Origin: a virus
Lineage: Duplodnaviria > Caudoviricetes
Direction: 5' to 3' (one strand)
DNA: 64,000 nt
Virus record (IMG/VR): IMGVR_UViG_3300033388_005412
Span: 32,001-96,000 of that record
Of this stretch, positions 36,721 through 45,710 are shown in pieces. The position numbers and the translations under genes are program-made. The notes below the pieces were generated by a model. The model was not told the origin of the DNA and searched no databases. It worked only from the letters and a program-made list of their open reading frames with translations. The first letter of the stretch is position 1. Each line of letters starts with the position of its first letter.

Positions 36721-37691
36721 GTTATTTCCTCCATACTTAATTTGAACATTTTTCCGGTTTTATTGTTTCTTATAGTTAAATAATCATCTTCTTCTATCAT
36801 AGTCCAATTCCCTCTTTCGTTTTTTAAATGTAAATCACCCGCATAAATATCTGTTGCTGATACACTGTTAAATATAACATCGGATGTTGTTTTAAGTGAC
36901 TGATCGAGATTAGTACTTCGCCAAGTGTTTATTTCAGACTCAGTATAATATCTACTATCAAGATTATACGAAGTTAATCCCGTCATATGTCCGTATGTGT
37001 CCAATGTTATGTCCTGAATAACCGTTCCATTGCTATTATTAACACTTGCCTGGCTTGACGTATTGGCATGCGCAACCGTAATATCACCATCCGGGCCATA
37101 AAGAGTATTATTTCCACCGCCCGTTATAGTTATTCCACCACCAGATAACAAATCCTTAGCCATACCATATAATTCCTGGGGACCCTGACCGGTATCAACA
37201 CTGGCAAATGTTACGGCAGATGTAGTGAGTACGTTTTGGTCCATATCATAAAGTTCATTATTGCCTTGTCCGGTATTTACGCTAGCAAATGTAACCGCCG
37301 ATGTAGTAAGTACATTTTGATCCATATCGTACAGCTCGTTAGCACCCTGACCGGTATTTATCGTCGAAGCCGTTATACCACCGGATGCTGCGATATCGCC
37401 TAAAACATCAAGTTCAACACCAGCGCCGGGTTCCTTCCCAATACCAATTCCAGAACTTGCAATTCTAAGTGATCCTAACTGATGAACTCCGACTAAAAAT
37501 CCAGACCCATCACTTTTTAAAGCACTTGTAACCCCTAAAGTTCCAGTATGATCATGCCTCAAAACAAACTCCCTAATATCAATCAGAAGTTTTGAAATCT
37601 GATTCAGTTTAGAAAATGTTGGTATTTCCCTAACGGCATATAAATCCGATCTACTTTCTAATGTAATATTTCCACTTCCGTCTACTGACAT
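36717..37691 (-). CDS. Short tail-fibre-like protein
   Basis: HDH motif, GIGxxP beta-repeats, 27-aa repeats, HANTSSQASVNN...YGH...LDSRYYTESE fibre motifs and a C-terminal GDLHL..GNWT..E module. Confidence 0.7.
   Translation of the reverse strand: MSVDGSGNITLESRSDLYAVREIPTFSKLNQISKLLIDIREFVLRHDHTGTLGVTSALKSDGSGFLVGVHQLGSLRIASSGIGIGKEPGAGVELDVLGDIAASGGITASTINTGQGANELYDMDQNVLTTSAVTFASVNTGQGNNELYDMDQNVLTTSAVTFASVDTGQGPQELYGMAKDLLSGGGITITGGGNNTLYGPDGDITVAHANTSSQASVNNSNGTVIQDITLDTYGHMTGLTSYNLDSRYYTESEINTWRSTNLDQSLKTTSDVIFNSVSATDIYAGDLHLKNERGNWTMIEEDDYLTIRNNKTGKMFKLSMEEIT
37161..37358 (-). repeat. 81-bp/27-aa in-frame tandem repeat (about 2.5 copies)
   Basis: NTGQGANELYDMDQNVLTTSAVTFASV / NTGQGNNELYDMDQNVLTTSAVTFASV / DTGQGPQELYGM; many synonymous differences between copies. 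Confidence 0.9.
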
Positions 37692-37726
37692 AGTAACCCT
37701 CCTATATATAATATATTTTTCATCAT
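37692..37726 (-). promoter_or_regulatory. Candidate phage-specific promoter motif (AT-rich ...TATATATAG just before the RBS)
   Basis: GATGAAAAATATATTATATATAGGAGG; similar sequences precede the starts at 45678, 50855 and 58632. Confidence 0.4.
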
Positions 37727-37745
37727 CATTTTATCAAATTATACC

Positions 37746-39572
37746 TCATTCCAAATACGCATACGACGAAACATCTTCAACTGTTCTATCCTGCTCATTA
37801 TATTCCAATATATTATCACTATCTATACTATAAATAGCAACTCCACGAAAATAAAAATCAATCGCAGGATCAAATTCTAATGAATAATATTCTTCCGGCG
37901 TATATAAAACATACATGGTGCTATCATATGTTCCACCGCCGAACGGCAAAACCGCACCCTCACTCACAATATCATTCCACGAACCCAAATCGCCGAACAC
38001 AGAATAACCATCAAATAAATCAGTTCTATTTATATAATAATCATCACCCGCATTTTTAATACCGGCCGCGGCAAAATATGTTGTTCTTATTTCATATCCC
38101 GACACCAGATACTGGCCCCAGTATCCATCAACTGAAACTCTCATATCTTTCATCGTATTAACAATTCCACTGGGTGTTGGAACCCCGCTCGGCGGAACAA
38201 TACCGCTTGGGACCGGTAAAAAACCATGTCCATTATAATAATCCATAGCATTCCAAAATCCTGATGTCTCATTCACAGCATCTTCACTTGTAACAGGCGG
38301 CCTTTCTAATTCCGGATGCGCGGCCTCCCAATCACCATGTTTTTCCGGAGCATTCCAGATCGCAAAATCATCTATCTCTGTTTCTGCATCTGTATTAGAA
38401 GCCCATATTTCGCCATACAGACCCGATGGTTGAGACGCGAAACAATTGAACCCCATTGCTGTTTTAGCCTGTTGAGAATCCCATATGTTATCCGTATCGA
38501 GCTGAAATACGCCGGTATATATTTCCATAAACGCACCTGGTGTCTGTATCCATATAGACGAGGAAATAACATCTTCAGCCTTTACAAATATATGTGATCC
38601 TGATAAAGTTCCCTCTAGAAAAAAATCCAAATAAGCAACACCGTCGGCATCTGTCGTCGCCATGCCTTTGTATTCAACACTATCATCCTCTTTTACTTCA
38701 TACCACGTTATATCAACACCGGGCATTCGAATGCCCGAGGAGTCCTCGGCTAAAGCATATGACCTGAATATTGTATTAGCTCTCGTATACGACACCCACA
38801 TGGGCTTAACTTCCAATGTTGCTGTATCTACCGGCACTTTCTTTAAAACAAGATATTTATCCTCAAAAGGGATTCTTCTGGTTAATGTTCTCTCAAGTTC
38901 TTTTTCAAATACCAGATATAAATCTTCATCGTACGCATATCCGCTTGGTGTCGGTATCCAGTTTTCGCCGCTCTGCGCCCACTCAACCTCATAATCTTTA
39001 TTTACAGGTGTTTTACACATATTCTCGGCGGTAAACGATTCAGGAACTATGAAATAAGGTTCACCCTGCTCATATTCATAAGCCACGCCGCTTGGAACCG
39101 GTAAAGCGACTTTCTCCATATCAGCAAATAAATAATATTCCTCATTATCTATATAAAAATAGCCCGGCTTAACAACAGGATACTGACCGATTCCAGAAGG
39201 TGTGATATCAATCTGTTTTAAATTATCTTCAAGACCGCCAACGCCGTTTATATAATCACTTACATCAATATCCTTATAAAATTTAATAGATTTATTTGCT
39301 TCAGGACCCGATGAACAGCCTATCAGTTTTAATGTTCCAAACGCGGCAAATTCTGTCTTAAACTGAACTGTTTTTTCAACACCGGATTCTACATCGGCGG
39401 TAAAAATTTCGCCATCTTCATATTCGATAATAACCTGTCCGTCATTCGGTAGATTTATTATTAAAGATTTTAAACCATATAGAGTTCTATTGAATATTAA
39501 GGGATCGGCGATTGTGCCCAAACCAGCCCAGTAATCGCCGAACAACGTATCTCTAAAAACACACTTTATCAT
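37746..39572 (-). CDS. Putative structural protein with an Ig-like (Big_1-type) segment and PSG repeats
   Basis: GVDITW...GMATTDADGVA Ig-like signature; PVPSGIVPPSGVPTPSGIV. Confidence 0.55.
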   Translation of the reverse strand: MIKCVFRDTLFGDYWAGLGTIADPLIFNRTLYGLKSLIINLPNDGQVIIEYEDGEIFTADVESGVEKTVQFKTEFAAFGTLKLIGCSSGPEANKSIKFYKDIDVSDYINGVGGLEDNLKQIDITPSGIGQYPVVKPGYFYIDNEEYYLFADMEKVALPVPSGVAYEYEQGEPYFIVPESFTAENMCKTPVNKDYEVEWAQSGENWIPTPSGYAYDEDLYLVFEKELERTLTRRIPFEDKYLVLKKVPVDTATLEVKPMWVSYTRANTIFRSYALAEDSSGIRMPGVDITWYEVKEDDSVEYKGMATTDADGVAYLDFFLEGTLSGSHIFVKAEDVISSSIWIQTPGAFMEIYTGVFQLDTDNIWDSQQAKTAMGFNCFASQPSGLYGEIWASNTDAETEIDDFAIWNAPEKHGDWEAAHPELERPPVTSEDAVNETSGFWNAMDYYNGHGFLPVPSGIVPPSGVPTPSGIVNTMKDMRVSVDGYWGQYLVSGYEIRTTYFAAAGIKNAGDDYYINRTDLFDGYSVFGDLGSWNDIVSEGAVLPFGGGTYDSTMYVLYTPEEYYSLEFDPAIDFYFRGVAIYSIDSDNILEYNEQDRTVEDVSSYAYLE

Positions 39573-39784
39573 TTTGTTAATTTTACACGTTTCCTAAACA
39601 CCTTGTCAAGCATACATAACACTTCCATTTGGAAAAATGATATAAAAACATCAGCCGCTTTTTCGGGATCATTTTTATTTTTTTCTATAATTCTTATAAT
39701 CATCGGCCTGTATTTTATAAAACTAGAAACATATTCTGATAACTCGGTATGTATAAATCCGGATATTTTTCTTATCAAATACAT
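39569..39784 (-). CDS. Small helical protein, paralog of 42127-42336
   Basis: Shared pattern Y.P....IIEK...P...AD..I.FF..E....L..VF.K. Confidence 0.65.
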   Translation of the reverse strand: MYLIRKISGFIHTELSEYVSSFIKYRPMIIRIIEKNKNDPEKAADVFISFFQMEVLCMLDKVFRKRVKLTK

Positions 39785-39786
39785 AA

Positions 39787-40161
39787 TTAAAACAATTTAA
39801 AAACCACTTTAGCTAACACTGTCCCGCCGGCGCTAAAAAACGCCACAAGTATTGTCACCATAAATATGCGCAATATCTTCACAGTTGCCGTGTTTTTTGT
39901 TGTCTCATCTATTGTTGTATTTATCAAACCGTTTTTCGGGTTATCTAAAACATAAAGACGTTCATTAATACCAACTACTTGTTTTTTCTGTTCTTCATAT
40001 GCCGAACTCAATTTACCAACTTCTTTCTCAACTGACTTTGTCACATTAACATTTTCCTGGACATCATTTATTAGATTACTAATTTGCGCATTAGTTTCTC
40101 CCATAAATTTTGCAACCTTTTCAACAAGATCCACGACGTATTCTTCAGTTTTCCCGTTCAT
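39787..40161 (-). CDS. Coiled-coil protein with a C-terminal TM helix (XhlA/holin-like)
   Basis: Heptads followed by ILRIFMVTILVAFFSAGGTVLAKVVF; GGAGGG RBS; lysis-like cluster. Confidence 0.5.
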   Translation of the reverse strand: MNGKTEEYVVDLVEKVAKFMGETNAQISNLINDVQENVNVTKSVEKEVGKLSSAYEEQKKQVVGINERLYVLDNPKNGLINTTIDETTKNTATVKILRIFMVTILVAFFSAGGTVLAKVVFKLF

Positions 40162-40171
40162 ATCAACCCTC

Positions 40172-40303
40172 CTACTTTTTTATAAATTCTGATATCTGTT
40201 TCCAGAATGCCTCAAACTTTCGTCCAATTATAAAAAATATAATTGAACCGCAACCAAAACATGCACACTCGCGCAATGTAAAATATTCCATAAAATTTAA
40301 CAT
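40172..40303 (-). CDS. 43-aa membrane peptide
   Basis: Not in the track; MLNFMEYFTLRECACFGCGSIIFFIIGRKFEAFWKQISEFIKK fills the gap between neighbours. Confidence 0.5.
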   Translation of the reverse strand: MLNFMEYFTLRECACFGCGSIIFFIIGRKFEAFWKQISEFIKK

Positions 40304-40304
40304 A

Positions 40305-41000
40305 TTATTCCTTAGACTCTTCAACAGACTTTTCAACAGACTTCTCAATAACTAAATATCCACTATCTCCGCCAACCCAACAACCCAGGTTAATGTAATC
40401 TTTATTATTATATTTAATATGTTGTTTATGATGGGTATGGCCAAAAATAACAGTATCATAATCATTTTTCAATAATAAATCTTTTGCACCAGATTCATAT
40501 CTAGCATGATCATCTCTTTTCTTCATCTTCAATATTCTCAACTCAGAACCGGCTTTACGAAAAATAAGTCTTTCTATATAACCGTAAAACTTAACAAAAG
40601 GAATTATAACCTTCCACCATTTCTTTTTTAAAAGATCATATCGATGGCCGTGCTCGCAATGATATTTTTTACCATTATGCGAGAAGTTAAATTCAGTACA
40701 AGTTTTAAAGGGAAAATCAGAATTTGACATAAGCTCATGATCATGATTACCCAAAATACATATAACATTATAAAACTTTAACACAGCAAATAATCTTCTG
40801 TATTTTTCCCAAATTTTATCATAGTTTGCTTGCCAGAGCTCTAAAAAATCACCGACAATTATAATAAAATCCGGACTCACGTTATGTGTTATTTCTATTA
40901 GCTTATTCTCTTGTGCGGATCCGAAATTATCTTCGCCCCCCTTGGATGCCAAATGAGTGTCAGAAAATAATAGAATTTTTTTGCCTGTTAAATCTAACAT
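40305..41000 (-). CDS. LpxH/YbbF-like metallophosphoesterase (UDP-2,3-diacylglucosamine diphosphatase-like)
   Basis: FSDTHL, VGDFLELW, GNHD, EHGHRYD, FGHTH, YINLGCW. Confidence 0.8.
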   Translation of the reverse strand: MLDLTGKKILLFSDTHLASKGGEDNFGSAQENKLIEITHNVSPDFIIIVGDFLELWQANYDKIWEKYRRLFAVLKFYNVICILGNHDHELMSNSDFPFKTCTEFNFSHNGKKYHCEHGHRYDLLKKKWWKVIIPFVKFYGYIERLIFRKAGSELRILKMKKRDDHARYESGAKDLLLKNDYDTVIFGHTHHKQHIKYNNKDYINLGCWVGGDSGYLVIEKSVEKSVEESKE

Positions 41001-41521
41001 TTACCATCCTTAATTTTAATATTTTGTTCCATTTCTTTTTTTATTTTAGCAAATTCGGGATCTAATTTCATGAGCCATAAGTTTTGATATTTAATTCTAC
41101 TATCTACAAGATATTTATTACGCTTTGCAAGTGCTGTAATACGAGCTTTCATGAATCCAATTAAAGCAAGACAAATACTTACAATTCCGGCAAAAATAGA
41201 TTTCATTAAATTAGTATCATTAACTGTTTTCGTTATAATATCTCTCCCGGCATTTTGTGCAATGCTTTTATCCAAACCAGCACTTACTTTTGCAACAGTA
41301 TTTGCCTGGGCCGACATCTTAACTTCAAGTTTATCTATTTTACTTTTTAGACCAACAACCTCGATCTCATTATCGCTCATCTGCTTGTTAACCGAATCCT
41401 GAAGTTCAGTTATCTTTTTTTCATATTTGGCAGAAATTCCAAATAACTTATCAATAAAAGATGCCCTCACCGGCGCAGAACATAACAAAACCAAACATAA
41501 AATACATACATTATTTTTCAT
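40994..41521 (-). CDS. Signal peptide + coiled coil + C-terminal TM protein (spanin-like candidate)
   Basis: MKNNVCILCLVLLCSAPVRA; heptad stretch; SIFAGIVSICLALIGF TM helix; basic tail. Confidence 0.45.
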   Translation of the reverse strand: MKNNVCILCLVLLCSAPVRASFIDKLFGISAKYEKKITELQDSVNKQMSDNEIEVVGLKSKIDKLEVKMSAQANTVAKVSAGLDKSIAQNAGRDIITKTVNDTNLMKSIFAGIVSICLALIGFMKARITALAKRNKYLVDSRIKYQNLWLMKLDPEFAKIKKEMEQNIKIKDGKC

Positions 41522-41708
41522 AATAATACCCCCAATTTATCACAGAACAATTTTTATTTTTCAAATTTGTATCATCATATTTAAGTTCTTCAATTTCTCC
41601 GTTTTTGTATGCCTGATTAATACAATACACTCTGTTATGACATTCACGGCAATCCTTACTGAGATGAACTATCTTTTTTTCCACCCTACCTCCAATCAAA
41701 TTTCCCAA
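41511..41708 (-). CDS. Small Cys-containing protein
   Basis: CRECHNRVYC...C; 65 aa. Confidence 0.55.
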   Translation of the reverse strand: MGNLIGGRVEKKIVHLSKDCRECHNRVYCINQAYKNGEIEELKYDDTNLKNKNCSVINWGYYYEK

Positions 41709-41880
41709 AATAAATTCTTGCTGTCAAACCTATCACACCAATTAAAAGTATCGATAAACCCCACCAAAAAGAAAAATTATTACATGTTATATAGGAAATA
41801 AATAATAAACACAAACCCGCAATAATTTGAAATGGCCAAACCCAAATCAGCTGATATAAAATAAGCCCCCACCAAGTCAT
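41686..41880 (-). CDS. Small two-TM membrane protein (holin-like candidate)
   Basis: MTWWGLILYQLIWVWPFQIIAGLCLLFISY...FWWGLSILLIGVIGL; start at 41880 overlaps the upstream stop (ATGA). Confidence 0.55.
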   Translation of the reverse strand: MTWWGLILYQLIWVWPFQIIAGLCLLFISYITCNNFSFWWGLSILLIGVIGLTARIYFGKFDWR

Positions 41881-42020
41881 AATTTGCCTCCACGGACATA
41901 ACAACCCAAACAAATATATTTCTGCCCTTTTGCTTTAGGTTTTTCATTTGGCGGAAAATAATCAAGCTTTTTAAACGGAAACATTTTTCCGCAATTTATA
42001 CATTTTCCTTTTCTTTTCAT
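41877..42020 (-). CDS. 47-aa C4 zinc-finger microprotein
   Basis: Not in the track; MKRKGKCINCGKMF...YICLGCYVRGGKL (CxxC...CxxC). Confidence 0.65.
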   Translation of the reverse strand: MKRKGKCINCGKMFPFKKLDYFPPNEKPKAKGQKYICLGCYVRGGKL

Positions 42021-42023
42021 CTG

Positions 42024-42134
42024 TTACCACCTGAAATAGTTACGAAAATACATAAACCACGTTGTGTTCATGTTTTCATACATAAACCATGCCCCGACCA
42101 AAAACCCGAATAAAAAAACTAATATATCATGCAT
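42024..42134 (-). CDS. 36-aa membrane peptide
   Basis: Not in the track; MHDILVFLFGFLVGAWFMYENMNTTWFMYFRNYFRW, with an internal duplicated WFMY. Confidence 0.5.
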   Translation of the reverse strand: MHDILVFLFGFLVGAWFMYENMNTTWFMYFRNYFRW

Positions 42135-42336
42135 TCTTCTTTTTAAAAACCCCGTTTAAAAGTTTCATCAATTCCACTTTAAAAAAATCTATCACCCTAT
42201 CGGCGATTTCACTGGGCGGCAATTCCTTTTCTATGATTTCAGTTAAAAGCGGCTTATATAAATCCAACTTATTTATATTTTCTTTAATTTCTTCAAAAAG
42301 AAAATTACCGAAATACCTTATCAAACCTCGAATCAT
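42127..42336 (-). CDS. Small helical protein, paralog of 39569-39784
   Basis: Same shared pattern as its paralog; GGAGGG RBS. Confidence 0.65.
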   Translation of the reverse strand: MIRGLIRYFGNFLFEEIKENINKLDLYKPLLTEIIEKELPPSEIADRVIDFFKVELMKLLNGVFKKKNA

Positions 42337-42345
42337 ATTTCCCTC

Positions 42346-42831
42346 CTATGTGTAAGGATATCCCCGCCAATCAGCTTTCAACGGCCCAAGCCTTAATCGC
42401 GGAAATACCCGATCTCTCCCTATACAATCTATAATTTCCAAATCAAATTCATCAACATCTTTAACCTTACTCATAAACTCATTAAAACCCTTTCTGGATT
42501 TCAATATGCCGTTCCACCAATGTTTTTTATAATAAAATCTCTCAAACATTTCACCAACAAGAACACACCCAAGTGTGTGTGTATCTACAATTCCAGTATG
42601 TATAATAATTCCTTTTCTTCCTGGGACATTCATAATTTCAAAATATCTTTTATATTTACCCCATGTCCGGCGTTTACAGTGATAGGTTTCGGACGGTATA
42701 CAAGATTTGTTTTGTTTATTTTGCCGCCAAGGGAGCTCCAATGTAAGCGCGAACGGGGTATCACCGTCTATAAAATTACCATATGTTGCTTCACTGTTTT
42801 CAGCGACCCGTTTAATTGTTAATTTCTTCAT
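42346..42831 (-). CDS. DUF5675-family protein (L,D-transpeptidase-like fold, putative endolysin)
   Basis: TLELPWRQN....SCIP..TY...NVPGR.GI.IH.G....T.GC.LVG. Confidence 0.8.
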   Translation of the reverse strand: MKKLTIKRVAENSEATYGNFIDGDTPFALTLELPWRQNKQNKSCIPSETYHCKRRTWGKYKRYFEIMNVPGRKGIIIHTGIVDTHTLGCVLVGEMFERFYYKKHWWNGILKSRKGFNEFMSKVKDVDEFDLEIIDCIGRDRVFPRLRLGPLKADWRGYPYT

Positions 42832-43205
42832 TTTTTACCCCCGAAGTATTCCTTCCCTAATTTCAATTTAATCATTTCTTTCACTATGCTTTTGCCACCC
42901 ATAAAAATATCGGCCAGCCACCGTCCATACTTACCTTTACCATAAACCTCAAGAGTGAATATTTTATCTTTTAATTTTCTACGCAGCCAGTTTCTGACTT
43001 TCAAGCCCATCTCCTTTTCTTTTTTGTCTTTTGTTCTAATCTCAGGCGTATCTATTCCAAAAAGACGAAGTTTAATTTTATTAAAACCAACATGAAACCC
43101 CAAATCTAAACTATTAATGGAAATGGAATCTCCGTCATATATTTGTTTTTTATCGACAATTTTACACCTCTCAAATCGCCAAAATTCTTTAGGTTTCTTT
43201 TTCAT
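42828..43205 (-). CDS. Thermonuclease (SNase) family protein
   Basis: YDGDSI...DLGF...RLFGIDTPE...GKYGRWLA; start moved to the ATG at 43205. Confidence 0.85.
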   Translation of the reverse strand: MKKKPKEFWRFERCKIVDKKQIYDGDSISINSLDLGFHVGFNKIKLRLFGIDTPEIRTKDKKEKEMGLKVRNWLRRKLKDKIFTLEVYGKGKYGRWLADIFMGGKSIVKEMIKLKLGKEYFGGKK

Positions 43206-43210
43206 AACAT

Positions 43211-43486
43211 CTACTCCACAATTTGCGTCCAATCCTCATAAACATGGTTAAAAATACCATATCCCAAAGAACCAACATCCCAGAATTTTATATTATCACC
43301 CCATTTCATAGGATTAATCTTTCTAATATTTTTATATAAACTTAATAATTTATATGTAGGAAACTGATTTGATAAAAGCCAGCCACCCAAAATCAATACA
43401 TCAGTATCAAACCCGTAAATTTTTATATCTATGTCTTCATGGGTCCGCGTTTCCAGCTCAGGATTATAAATATAGATTTTATTCAT
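43211..43486 (-). CDS. Hypothetical protein
   Basis: 91-aa ORF in the operon. Confidence 0.6.
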   Translation of the reverse strand: MNKIYIYNPELETRTHEDIDIKIYGFDTDVLILGGWLLSNQFPTYKLLSLYKNIRKINPMKWGDNIKFWDVGSLGYGIFNHVYEDWTQIVE

Positions 43487-43499
43487 TCTTAATTACTTC

Positions 43500-43802
43500 T
43501 TATTCCTCAACTTTATCTGTATGCCAATCACCATCATCATCAAGATATATTTTCCATTTATAATTGTCAGAATGAACATACCACGGCGCCGATCTACCAA
43601 TCGCTATGCTGTTATTTATAGATAAATCATTAACCTTCAGTCCGCCAACTGTCACACTGAGTGTTGATATGTATGATTGTATGCTATTCCACAGCGTTAT
43701 AATCCACGAAGCCGCGCCTTCAGATGAAATACCAGTGCCTGTCTCAGGATCTATTTTAAATTTATCAAAATCCTTATTTATAAATTGCGTTATTCTATCC
43801 AT
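43500..43802 (-). CDS. Small tail-region protein
   Basis: 100 aa; C-terminal WKIYLDDDGD fibre-like strand. Confidence 0.55.
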   Translation of the reverse strand: MDRITQFINKDFDKFKIDPETGTGISSEGAASWIITLWNSIQSYISTLSVTVGGLKVNDLSINNSIAIGRSAPWYVHSDNYKWKIYLDDDGDWHTDKVEE

Positions 43803-43803
43803 A

Positions 43804-44370
43804 TTATTCCTCCGTTATTATACCATTTTCCCATATTAATTTTTTCGATGATTCCTCAACTAAAGTGATTTCATTATCAATAATTGTCTGATAAATAAAA
43901 ACAACACTATCGGGGACATATGATGCCTCCCATGTCGGAAAATAACCACCAGTTACATTTTTGTATAGTGTCCAGTACTTCCCGTCAATGACATTTGTAA
44001 CATCTTTAACATCGATTTCAAGGGTCGGATCAGCCGGGACAGATGTTATAATTGTATAAACATCCGTGCCGTCTTTAATAACCGGCTCCTGATATGAAAC
44101 ATCCGCACCGTACTTTAAATTACACTCAGCCATTGAAATCGGGGCATGGGTTGAGAAAAAAACCTTTTTCGATGAAACAGGCTTTGTTTCTAAATCAAAC
44201 AACCCGGCACCACTGTTTAACAAACCCTGAAATGTTGAATTCGTTGTTTTCCGGTTCACTATTCGTCTTCTTAGATTGATATTTGTTTCATCATCCATAC
44301 GCTCAATACTAAACAACGCGGCGATCTCGTCGAGCGGCCCCCAAATATTCATTAATTTAACACTAGCCAT
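43804..44370 (-). CDS. Baseplate wedge-like protein (P2 gpI/DUF2612-like N-terminal motif)
   Basis: LDEIAALFSIERMDDETNINLRRRI matches LDxxG..R...E.D...R.RI. Confidence 0.5.
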   Translation of the reverse strand: MASVKLMNIWGPLDEIAALFSIERMDDETNINLRRRIVNRKTTNSTFQGLLNSGAGLFDLETKPVSSKKVFFSTHAPISMAECNLKYGADVSYQEPVIKDGTDVYTIITSVPADPTLEIDVKDVTNVIDGKYWTLYKNVTGGYFPTWEASYVPDSVVFIYQTIIDNEITLVEESSKKLIWENGIITEE

Positions 44371-44515
44371 GTTTCTTTGATTCCTTTATGAGTTTCTGAT
44401 ATATTCTTTTCGTACAAACATCGGAATAAATTTTATTACGACATTTTTTTCGCATCTTGGGATTATCTTTCATTATTTTTTCAATCTCTTCCTTAAAAAC
44501 ACCCATTCTATTCAT
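44363..44515 (-). CDS. 50-aa basic microprotein
   Basis: Not in the track; MNRMGVFKEEIEKIMKDNPKMRKKCRNK...; ATGA overlap upstream and 8-bp overlap downstream. Confidence 0.55.
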   Translation of the reverse strand: MNRMGVFKEEIEKIMKDNPKMRKKCRNKIYSDVCTKRIYQKLIKESKKHG

Positions 44516-45678
44516 AATATACTAACTCCATTCACCTTTATCGACGGACTTGATTCCCGTGTATAGATTCGATTATTCACCCAATCTATATAACCAAAAT
44601 TATGTTTGATTCTGTATCTTTCTATTTTATCATTATTGGCAACGGCAATTGATCCATCTGGCAAATAACTAAGATCAGTTCCCGTAATGGCGGCCCAGTG
44701 ATATGCCGGTGTAACAAACTCATCCCATTTATCAAAAGCATATAAACCGTTACCGGTCATAATAAAAATAGTTTTACCGACTGACAATCCGCCATAAAAT
44801 TCAGTACTGACTGAACATCTCTGATCTTCAATTTTTATTATTTCTCTCAGATGTTGACCTTTAGGTGAAGTCTCATACCTTAAGAAAGGCAGGCCGCTCT
44901 CGAGCGGGACTATTGCTTCGGCTTCACCATTTTTTAATATATTAATCCTATTTGATAACGTACCAACTGAGTTTAGTTCCCAAATATCATCATCGACATA
45001 AAAAATACCGGTGTTTCCGGGTGTTGTTATTGTAAAACTATCAAAAATATATTCAGCATCTTCATCATATACCGGTTCAATGATGCTCATAGGTATGATT
45101 TTCCCATCTTCTTCAATAAAATCCAAATAATGCTCACCCCAATAACTATAATTGACATCAACATTATCCGGCGGATCCTCTAACTCCCCGGTAATCTGAA
45201 TAACCTTCGAATATTTACTTGGTTCATCATAGATATAACTTCCAACTGAATGAAGAGCGGCAATTTCATGCTTCAATTCAACTGTCCAATCTTCTTTAAT
45301 ACTTGCCGATTCTGTTATAGTAATCAATCCCATTGCCGGCTGCGCCACAACACTCTGAGTTTGAGCAATTGTATAATAAACTCTTAATGTTGTCTCCTTT
45401 GAATTAGTCCACGGCGCCTGAATTGTCACTTTTGTATAACCATTATCTAAATCTTCGATTTTAACATATTCATACGTCAATATATCAAAATCATCACAGT
45501 GTATCGCCTCTTTTGTAACAAATCCCGGATATGTTTGTTCAAATGTTTCTGATAGATTCCATGCTGTATCCGTATGCTTTATACAATTCATATGTAATTC
45601 ATATGTGTTGCCCGATCGCACCTCATATGGGCTAAACGCAAGTCCACTGCCGGTCGTTTCACTTAAATTGATATTCAT
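44512..45678 (-). CDS. Putative baseplate structural protein
   Basis: 388 aa, acidic and beta-rich; structural context. Confidence 0.5.
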   Translation of the reverse strand: MNINLSETTGSGLAFSPYEVRSGNTYELHMNCIKHTDTAWNLSETFEQTYPGFVTKEAIHCDDFDILTYEYVKIEDLDNGYTKVTIQAPWTNSKETTLRVYYTIAQTQSVVAQPAMGLITITESASIKEDWTVELKHEIAALHSVGSYIYDEPSKYSKVIQITGELEDPPDNVDVNYSYWGEHYLDFIEEDGKIIPMSIIEPVYDEDAEYIFDSFTITTPGNTGIFYVDDDIWELNSVGTLSNRINILKNGEAEAIVPLESGLPFLRYETSPKGQHLREIIKIEDQRCSVSTEFYGGLSVGKTIFIMTGNGLYAFDKWDEFVTPAYHWAAITGTDLSYLPDGSIAVANNDKIERYRIKHNFGYIDWVNNRIYTRESSPSIKVNGVSIL

Positions 45679-45710
45679 TTCACCCCTATATATATTATTA
45701 TTTTCATCTC

